Source of the DNA: Trichoplax sp. H2
Taxonomy: Eukaryota
Length of the DNA: 64,000 nucleotides
Reading direction: 5' to 3'
NCBI GenBank assembly: GCA_003344405.1
Contig: NOWV01000121.1
Location: 124,001 to 188,000, forward strand
Shown here: positions 54,103-64,000 of the stretch, one piece after another
Layout: each line of letters starts with the position of its first letter
Position numbering within the stretch: the stretch's first letter is position 1
Position numbers and translations under genes: made by a program
Notes under the pieces: generated by a model
Told to the model about the DNA's origin: nothing
The model's database searches: none
Seen by the model: only the letters and a program-made list of their open reading frames with translations

Positions 54103-54299
54103 CATGGATAGGGACTGCAGTATTCAAATAAAATGAAATATAACCCCATTTTTCTACCATCTACTTCTCTCTCTCTTACTTTACTGTATAATCCAGGATT
54201 ATTTAGTAAGAGAGAGGGAGACGGAGGAGGGGGATTTGTAGAAAAAGGGTCACGTTTTTACTTGAGTACTGTAGTCCAATGCCATGGACTACAGTACTC
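54103..54299. repeat. Long imperfect inverted repeat (fold-back / MITE-like) with an overlapping perfect 15-bp stem
   Basis: Arm pairs: ggactgcagtattcaa/ttgagtactgtagtcc, tttttctac/gtagaaaaa, ctctctcttact/agtaagagagag. Also gagtactgtagtcca-N6-tggactacagtactc at 54264-54299. Confidence 0.75.
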
Positions 54300-54591
54300 C
54301 AATTTACCGGTAAATTGAGTAGTCTGTGAATGCGTATAGTATAGTACTGTACTGTACAAAGTAAGCTCTCTATTGAATAATTGTACAGTACCTGTACTGG
54401 AACAGTACTAGAAATTCGAAGATTAACTAACTACTATCATAACAGTATTCTTGTAGCATTGGCCACTATCGGTGCTGAGTTAGCGGAATCTACGATTCTA
54501 TTCCTAATCGCTATTAGGTAATCCCATTCCTGCAAAATTGACTGTCGTCGCAGGAGAATAGATTAATTAACCAACAGCAGAATCCAGTATT

Positions 54592-57500
54592 ATGATAGCT
54601 CGATTGAACGCTGCCATCGGGGCAGCTATTTCTTTCTATGTTATTGCTAATAATAATAAAAAGAAGAATCGAAATGAGAACTTCAATCCATCTAGAAACG
54701 GCAGAAGGCAACTAGGGCGCTATCCTGGCCACGAGAAATTGGTTATGGCTTCGGTTGTAATTCGCCATGGCAGTAGAACGCCTGTAGCGACTACTCCCAA
54801 TTGCGAGCAGGCAAACTGGGATAGTAGTATACTCTTACAAACGTTACCACACGCCGATTGCCCTCACAAAGTTGTCAGCCTTGATGGCGGTCCGCAGCCT
54901 CCGTTAAATTTTGATCTAGCATACAACAAGGACAAAGTACTAAAAGTACGTATGTTGCTCTGCATAATACCTCGTTAGCTCGCATCAGATATTGTATAAA
55001 CATGCTGACTTAATGCTCAAATAGGGTGGATGTCCAGGTGGGCAACTAACTATTCTAGGACAGGAACAAATGGTCCAATTAGGAAAGCGATTGCGGGAAC
55101 GTTATATTGATCAATTTAACCTTCTTGAGCCATCATTCCAGGCGGATAGCATCTAGTAATTGCTTATATACCAATAACTTTTCTGGTACTGTACGAGTAT
55201 CATGTATTCTCACTCTATCGAAACTACCTTTGATATGCTGCAGAAAATTGGACAGTGCCGAAACTTAGCAGCGTGCAATAGTGTGCATTGAAGTTGATTA
55301 ATTTCTATCAGCTTTAACAACACAGTACTCAAATATCTATTATAATACAGTACGTTGGAATACATGAAAATAATGATATACTGTACAGTACTTCTGGCAG
55401 TAGATTTGCGGAAAATATTGACATTCGACAGATGCATCCATGTACAGTATAACAACTTAAATAACGTTAGTTAGCTTGGTGGTAATGTCATAGACAAAGT
55501 ACCAATTTTTATAAAATAGACCGGATTTCTAATATCGACGCCTCGCGACGGAAAATTCGCCCATAAGGCTATTAAATACCTTTCATACATGTACCAGTAT
55601 AGAAGTTCTTTGCTACTTATGATTTTTAAGTTAGTTGATCTAGTCGGCGTTACATATTATAATCATCATTATGTTGAATGTTTTATAAGAATAAACGAAC
55701 TGAGCACTCAGAGGCACACCATTAACTTGATTGATAGCGCTGTATGTAGACGCTTTAACAATTTATACGTATTTTGGTAATCATCGCATACACCTGTTAA
55801 CATCGTAAAGCTTTAATTATAATCAGAATATAGTAACTTCAATTAAAATTTATATTACTATTACCGGTATTTCTGCGCCGGAAATTTTTAGTTTAACTTG
55901 AAAATCTTCCAAATGCGGTGCTAATTATAATATCACCAAATGTTATCTAAATAGTATAAGGACCTCCAATATCTTGCGATCCATCAACTCTGCCAAATGC
56001 TTTATGGTAGGCTTATACAGTGAGCTAACTGAAAGATCAAAAGGTCAGCTAATCTCCATTTAAGCTTTAATAATCATGTCTATCATGCAATATCTATTAT
56101 TGCATAATTGGTATCATTTGATTATTTATAATTCTGAAGATATAATTTATGACTTTGTCAGATATGTTAGCAGTAAAACCCTAAGCCTAAACTGTATAAT
56201 AGCCATAATTGCTTCTTTATTACCATAATGCTCTACAAACACGAAGTAGGGGCATTAATGATAACGTATAATTACTTTAAATTTTCTTTGCCTTCTAGGC
56301 TGCCATTAAATATTATTTATAATGCCTACTATTTAAACGTCAGCTATCAGACTAATTTCATACTAATAGCAAATACAAAATTAAAAAATTCGAAAGCAAT
56401 AAAAGCTATCACTTCTGTTGCAGATGATCCAATTATCCTACATACAACTGAATCTAAAAATGAATTTCTTTACCCAAACGTTGGCTCTTGTCCACTTATG
56501 AAAAAATTTTATAGAGCTGTACACAAACATAATGAGTTTGAGTCAGCAGGTCGTAGAATCTTTCATGACGTCCTTCAAATTGATGACATGAAGAGTCTCT
56601 ATGAAAATAAACTTTTGGCTAAGAATCATATTGATATATTAGATGATTTAGAGAGTAGGAGGGTGACTTTTTAAAGCATAGATATAGTGTATCTAAAATA
56701 CCGGTTTTAACATGTAGCATATTAAAGTTGATATTGATAATGTAGAGCTATACGCAGCCAAGAAATTTTTAGAATATAAGGATTTTAAAATTTTATACTT
56801 ACAATTAGGCTCATGGTATGGCATTACCGGATGTCCTTATTGATCACTACAGCCAAATTAAAGAAATTGGCTACAAAGCGTTATGTAGCTTATTCAGTGA
56901 AAAGTAATAGACCGCTAGCAGTTTTCACAGTATATTCGTACTCGTATGTAGCACACGGTATCGTTAGCCGAATGTCACACATCAGTGCCATAGAATTTAG
57001 CATAATAAAGGATTAACATAAGACTGTATGACTAAATGTAATATACGTGTAGTTTACAAGAGGCAATAAATTTATGTGAAAATAGTGATTTGTGAAGGTA
57101 AATCTCTAATTTTTTTATGCAACTTTTGAATTTTACGGATTATAGTGTATTACTGAAAGTCTCCAGCGGAAGATTTATGGATGATATTCTAAAAAGAATG
57201 GATGCTGTAGTAAACAATCAAAGGTGGAGAGTTAGTTTCATGTCGTCTACGTTGAAAAATTTTATACTTTCTCGTAATTTAATTTAGAATTATGGATTTA
57301 CCAATCATGTTAATTACATGCTTTCGTAATAGCCCTACTAGACTATGTCTTTATTCTGCTCATGATACCTCATTAATCGTACTATCGGCTGCGGTGACTG
57401 GAAAGTTACCAAATGCATGGCCACCATTTGCCTCGTTTTTGGTGTTTGAGCTCTATCGCACATTTGTGAGTACAGTATTTCCATTACAGATCATTGTTAG

Positions 57501-58002
57501 CGAAGATCAGATATCTTTCTGAGTATCTGAGGCGCTGAATCATTGCAATTGATTCAACTATGCTTTAATTCTTGATAGAGTGGAAAACACTATGTTAAAG
57601 TGAAATTCGAAAATCAGGTTATTTATAAGTATTCTTATGTATTCATGAGTATTAGTTATGCTATGATAAACTGGAATAACTTTCATAGTCAAATTACTTT
57701 ATACTATTTATTGTGATATTTGAAGGATTTGGTAATCAATAACTGTGGCGGTTCTACAGAATGCCCTTATAATCGGTACGTAAATATTAAGCAGTACAGG
57801 TAGTACGATACTTTAGACGGATTCCGCATTAAGTCGCTTTTTGCACTTAAAATAAATATTCAATACTTTGAACAGTCGTAAGATCATGGTTAAATCTCCT
57901 AATTTTGTAATATTCGCCGTTAGGTTTCGGGAAATTGTATCGGAACTAGCTCTAGAAAGCAAGGAGTTTGAAGAACTATGCAGTATACAGGATGGGAATT
58001 AA
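54592..58002 (+). CDS. ACP6: Lysophosphatidic acid phosphatase type 6 (histidine acid phosphatase), multi-exon
   Basis: VVIRHGSRTP, LKGGCPGGQLTILGQEQMVQLGKRLRERYI, YIRTSNILRSINSA, EFLYPNVGSC, LYSAHDTSL, WPPFAS. TAA at 58000-58002. Confidence 0.9.
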
Positions 58003-61000
58003 TTTACTGTATGGGACACAAATTGTGATAAGAAATGTTCGATAATCTCCTGTACTCATGCGCATAGAACGATTTTCATAATAATTTAGTAGCGCAGTAT
58101 ACGAATTCACATCATATTAATGAAATAGAATATTCACCGGTGATCAATAAAATATATATAATCATCTTTACTATATTAAATCTATGTCAGAAAATTATGC
58201 TTATACATTGACTTTTAGTCTGATCTGTATTTGCTTGCTTATTGTATCTGTCATATTCTTCACCATAATGGCCCATGATGATACTTCATACACGACAATA
58301 ATAATTTAAAAATATCATTCTAATTGCTTCTACTGCATGTTGATCTATAGTACTATTTACCTGCCGTTATTCATGTGATTTAGTAAATCATATGAAGTTT
58401 ATTTAATAGTCAGATCGTGGCAACCGTAAGATCGTTATTGATTGTGACACTTTAATTGCAAGACTGTATATTTTAATAACTATAGAAATTTGACCTTGAT
58501 GACAGTGCCCGTAAAAATTAATTTAAATGGGGTAACTACTTGTAATGCTAAATTGGTTATGGGAAGATTCTCAAGATATTTGCTTAATTAATGTCAATAC
58601 GTAGTATTACTAAAATTTTAAATAATACTCTTGTTTTAATACAAATGGTGATATAAACCCCGATGCAGTTTATTTCGCAACTTAATTTAGTTGAAGAAAT
58701 ACACTTTACACAGTTTCAATTGACAGTTTATCTGTGTTTTTGATATCTTCTGACGCATACTACAATGTTACATATGTTAACTAGGAGAATATTGTCAGTA
58801 CAATAATTATATTATTATATATCAATTCTAGATTACGGATCGTAAGAGTTAACATTTTCGTTAGATCCTTCGAACTTTAAATGCTCCATGACTATAAGAT
58901 CTACAAATAAGGAATTTAAGCAAATGATGATTACTGCGTAGTAGTGCTTCATAAGAAGCTAAAGAATTAGTCAGATGCAAAATATGAATGTTATCGAGAC
59001 TTCAGTGTTAACGTCTACTTACGTTTCATTATTGGGGTACGTGTGTAAATACTCCATAGAGAGCTTGAGTTTGAAAGAACGTTACAAATGCATCGTGTAC
59101 ATTTTAGGATTGATTTCTTTCAGCAGGAAAAGGATGATGAACGTGGTTAATTTTAACCCTTAGTAGGATATAAGGGTGTGATACTGGCTAGACTATTATC
59201 GGAGTATTAGAAATACTCTATTTACTCATCGATACAGTTTTAAATTAAGTTGCTTACAGTACAACGAAAATTAAATTTTAAGAAGAGTCGGATAGTTTTA
59301 TCGGATTTAATGACTTATTACCTTAAAATAATACTAATATCATAAATTTTTTTCGCTTATTTTAGTCTTATAAACAGTCTAAATCCATGCAGATATTGAT
59401 ATTATAATAGGCGATCAGCAATTCAAATATATATGTACCTTCTATTTTACCAGCCTAATTCCTTCTATAAATATGCTCTCCAGGAAGATCGTATAAGAAA
59501 TTTGAAACTCTGGCTTATTTGAATATAAAAGTTTACTACTACTCATTCGTCATTTACAACATCACACTTGTTCATTTTGCTCAACTATTTTGAATGTAAA
59601 TTCATTAATTGCTATCATCATTCTTTGAACAAGAGAATTAATGATCTTGTGCATTTAGTAGTATTGAGCGATACTTTTCTATAAATTTTATAATATAACT
59701 TGTAGTATTATGAGAATTTCGGAGCAATTGCAAAAGTTCTAGGTCTCAATCTCAGAGTATCTCAACTCGTTTACAATTTCTTTTTTGGAGGAGGAAACGT
59801 GAAGTCTTTATATTCCTAAATACTGAGGCCTACATCGCTCAATGTGTACAATACTATAATCTTAAAAGTTTCATTCATACAGTCAAAAGAAAAAGTATTT
59901 TCTTTTACCTCTATAGACTCATTGAGGTTATACAAATCCTGACTAAAATGGATGACCGTAAGTACTACTGTAATCATTTAGACCTGAATTAATCAATAAA
60001 AATTATCGGTAATATTCACATTAGTAGACTGAAAATTATTATGTATTAACAAATACTCTCAAGCTGTACGCTCATTCGTGGGCACAATTGTACATTTCAA
60101 GGATCTTAAGACATTGCCACGGGTTTATTTGACATATTTTATAACGATCTAATACACTGTCGAAATTGATTGAATCTAATAATTTCGATTTATTTAGAGG
60201 ATCAACGCAAATACAAGTTTTCATAACGTTAATTGTGTAGTTCAATGATATATAATTAATCTAACAATGAATATTAATCATTAAATAGAACATTGATTTT
60301 ACGGAATTTTCGTGTAATTCATTCAACATATCTTTTAATAGGATGACAATAAATATGACTTAAGGATTTTAGATTAATAAAAATTGCAAATAAATTATTA
60401 TACCTCACCACCACACCGTATTTGGTGATGCAGATGGTTGTTTTAATTACAGAAAAGACAATAGCTGAACTCTAGATCATAATGACGATATAAATTAATG
60501 TTAAATTAGTATCTTTTTGTGAAATGATTACGACGTTGAGATCATATTTCATACAGAATATGTATACCGTACCGTAAATTTAACAGATAAAAAAATCGAT
60601 TAGGTGAATAATAGTACAGTATATAATAATAATATGCGCATAGGCCCGTATATACATATACATATATATATTTTTATATATTCATATAATATATGCAATA
60701 TATTAGAATATAATTTAAATAATTGTAATAGAACAGATTCGAGTGCTTTCGAATCTTAAAACCTTCAGTTTCTACTGTACATGGATTAAAAGATTTATAT
60801 AAAGTTAAACTAGTTATAAAACTAATAAAAGTGATGATCGCAGAAGTAAAATATCAGAACTAAATGTAATTGTAGCTGTATTTTATGAAGAGGAAAGTGC
60901 ATTAACTAGCATCATCGTTAGTATGTCGGCTTAATCTTTTATACAAGAACTCAATTTACATTACTTTAGTTCACCGACAATTCGTCCTCAAGAGCTGTTT

Positions 61001-61334
61001 AGTGATATACATAGATTTCATCAAATATATACTGTATTAAAAGCAGCTGCTATCTCGATGGAATTCAATATATTTCAATTGTAATAATTTCCATCAATGT
61101 ACTCAAATACTTTACATTGAATCAAAATAAGGTCGAATAGTACAAGGATATACTAAAATCTTAAATTTTATAAGTTTCAGCTATGGAATAACATTTTACT
61201 TAAATAATGCAGTAAGTCCAAAACTGGCTTAGTCATATTATAAAGACATGGAATACCAGGACAAAATTTCCATTTACGATGAAAGATTATTTCGATGAAT
61301 TGTAATGTCACTATTAGATACACTTTTATTAGGA

Positions 61335-64000
61335 TCATCGGATTTTAGGGCTGCAGTTGTCTCTTTTTCTTTCGTTCTATTAAAATAGATTTAAAGCTTA
61401 GTTATGATTATAGCGTGCCTTATATCCGCAAATGTATCTGAAGACTACCTTTCGCTTTCTTTACATTGGCTATCTTTCAAAGGTTCGGAACGATTACCAG
61501 ACTGTAAACTATTAATCCCTTCTGATTTACATCTCTGTAATTTATTAACTTTCGCAGTAGGGTATCGAGATTGAAAATTTTGAGAATTCGCAGTTATACC
61601 ATCATGTTTCTTTATTGTAACTGATTCTATGTTGGTAACTTTTTTGACCGGCAATTCAACACACTTAAACCTATAAATAAAAAATAAGTGTGAAATTATT
61701 AGATTTTACGCAACGTGGGTTGCTATATACAGCAAAATATTAGCAATTTAGTTACCTTCGAATCGTACATAAGGTGATGATAACCAATAAAATTATTCCA
61801 CATATTCCACCACATACAATACCGACGATTACTAAGGATTCCTGAAATATATTTTTCTTGGTGACTGCTTCTGAGCTGGCGGTGGATACTGGGCGAGTTA
61901 CAATTAGACCGAATGACGGCACTTCTAAATTAAAAAAATTCTCTTTTAAGAATAAAGAGGGGAAAGCGATCCTAAAAAGTTTTACTCACCTGTCTTATTC
62001 AAAAAAATCTTAATTGTGCTATAGGGACCTACTCCAGCAGTAGTTACAGCAGCTATACTGAATTCATAAAATTCCTCCGGGGCGATATTCCTTAAAGCGA
62101 TATGATTCAGTTTCGTCGACTCCTTATTCCAAATAGTTTCGCTTTCGCTTTTGTACTTAATCTTATACAAGGTTATAATACCATTAGCTAGTTTTGGAAC
62201 ATTCCAAGTAACAGATATCATTCCTGACGATAATTCTTTCACTGAATCAATGATCGGTGGTGATTCGGGAGCGTCTTGTTTTGTTTGAATTATAACTGAT
62301 TTCGAAGCTTTACTCGGTAACTCGCCACTATACCTTGAGTAAACAAAGTATGATACATATATTTCATAAGATGTATATGGTCTAAGATTATTTATTCTCG
62401 TGTAATTTGTATCTCTTTCAACGTTGATCATCGTTAAATTGCCGATATTATTCCTTGATATTGATCGATAACTCAACAAATATCTTGTTAGTGTGACAGA
62501 ATTTGCAATTTTCGGCCGTTGCCATACCACTTTTAACGATCTACTCTCGATCGTGTTTGCAGATATGTCCTTTATTCTATTCGGTGCTGATATGCTAATA
62601 TCTAGTAAGGATTTTAGAAGACATCTCCATTATAAAAATATTAAAGAATAGTGCTCAAACTGATGAAAGTTCTTAAACTATGCAAAAAGCATGAAAAAAT
62701 ATTTGACGTATTAAAGATCTAATCCACTTACTGCCGGGTGTTGTAGAAATAATTCGATACGCTGAGGGACCATAGCCGCTTTCATTAGCTGTTTTATACA
62801 TTCCACTAATTGAGATGTCATATTCTGTCAAAGATTCTGATAGATACAGATTAGTTGTTACCAAGTGAGCTTTGTTATCAATAAATACGCTTCAGTTATT
62901 TATACAACAAAAATCATTTCAGAATTAGGCTTCCGTAAATTTACTTACGTAGTCCTATGAGGGAATAATTTATTGCCTTCGAACTTAGCATTAGAGTCTC
63001 CTTAGATTTGGATATGCCATAAGGTCTGTAATCTAATTGGTACCCTATCAAGTGCTGTTTGCTTTCATTCTCAACGTCCCAAGTAAAAGTTATCGTTGAT
63101 GCGTTGATAAACAAGATTTTCAAATTAACGGAAGCGAACGCTATATTAACAAAAACAACTATCGTTACTACCACGCAACTTATAATGACACCCAAGCTAA
63201 AAGATGTCATACAGCTCTATAAGGGTAGTTAGTTGACTCACTATTACGGATATCTTCTGAACTAGTTTTAATTTGTTCTGTCCTTGAAAATGGTCCTAAA
63301 CCAACTGACGTTGCAGCGGCAACTTTGATTGAATATAGCGAATCCGGTAGAACGTCTGGAATTTTAAAATTTTTTAAGTAGCTGGGGGTATCGTAGACAT
63401 TGTTAGTTCCAGTCCCTATGTCGGTGCAACTGATATAGTATCTAGTAATTTTTCCATTTTCATACAGTGGATCAACTCTTTCCCACTTCACTAAGATTGA
63501 CTATAAAAATAGCCATATAAAATTTTAAGTGTTTTGTTACGTAAAATTGAACTCTTTTAGACATTTAGAAGTTAAACAAAAGCTAGACTTACCAATGAAA
63601 CCAATGATAATTTTAGTGTTCGTGGTGATGCTGTCGGTGCTGAAAATAAACGAAGTATAGTATATTTGAGCTTTAACCAGAATCAAAAATTACAACAAGC
63701 ATACGATAGCGATCGTACCATCTTCCGCTGTTTTTACGATTAATTTGTTTGAAGGTTGACTCGCCGTACGATAATTCCATGCTTTTACAACAAACGTATA
63801 CTTTCGCCACGGCTTCAGATCTTTCTTAATGGCTACGCTTTCTTCAGAGCGGGAGGTAGTCTGACTATATATGAGGGCTGGGTTATCAACTGGCCAAAAG
63901 TCGATCGTATAATATATTTCAGGATTCAAATTAGACGGTGAAGCATTCCAAGCAAGGGTGACAGTATAGGCCGTAACACTAACACTTCTTAAATTCTGCG
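61335..64000 (-). CDS. Fibronectin type III-repeat single-pass membrane protein, 5'-partial
   Basis: About five FN3 domains (LKPWRKYTFVVKAWN, NGKITRYYI..VAAATSVGLGPFS, LRPYTSYEIYV, NGIITLYKIKY..AAVTTAGVGPYS). TM segment LVIVGIVCGGICGIILLVIITLCTI at ~61760-61835, then an ~90-aa tail ending in TGA at 61335-61337. Confidence 0.85.

Noticed and set aside
63141-63241. ATGA stop/start overlap between ORFs 63207-63491 and 62941-63210, with an apparent signal peptide or TM
   Set aside because: Explained by a 101-nt phase-1 intron (A|GTGAGT...TATAG|CG) joining two FN3 exons in frame; the hydrophobic stretch is translated intron.

Overview
AT-rich, gene-dense eukaryotic DNA with many short GT-AG introns. 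Gene content and style suggest an early-branching animal, most likely the placozoan Trichoplax (inference). Spliced by eye, in order: PPIP5K/VIP1 (+, 5'-partial), MYCBPAP (-), Sel1-repeat gene A (+, intronless CDS), ZWILCH (-), Sel1-repeat gene B (-, intronless CDS), SAC3D1-like (-), MTFMT (+), an uncharacterised Cys-rich type-I membrane protein (-), PIP5K1 (+), a U1 snRNA gene (-), ACP6 (+) and an FN3-repeat membrane protein (-, 5'-partial). The most striking non-coding signal is a set of dense palindromic TACTG/CAGTA pentamer arrays just upstream of nearly every gene start. A duplicated copy across an assembly gap shows these arrays changing by 5-bp units and by an insert bounded by inverted repeats. 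There is also a small GGACTAC-armed hairpin family; one member overlaps an in-frame alternative splice donor. Exon boundaries were read manually and not checked against transcripts. CDS coordinates are gene spans that include introns.
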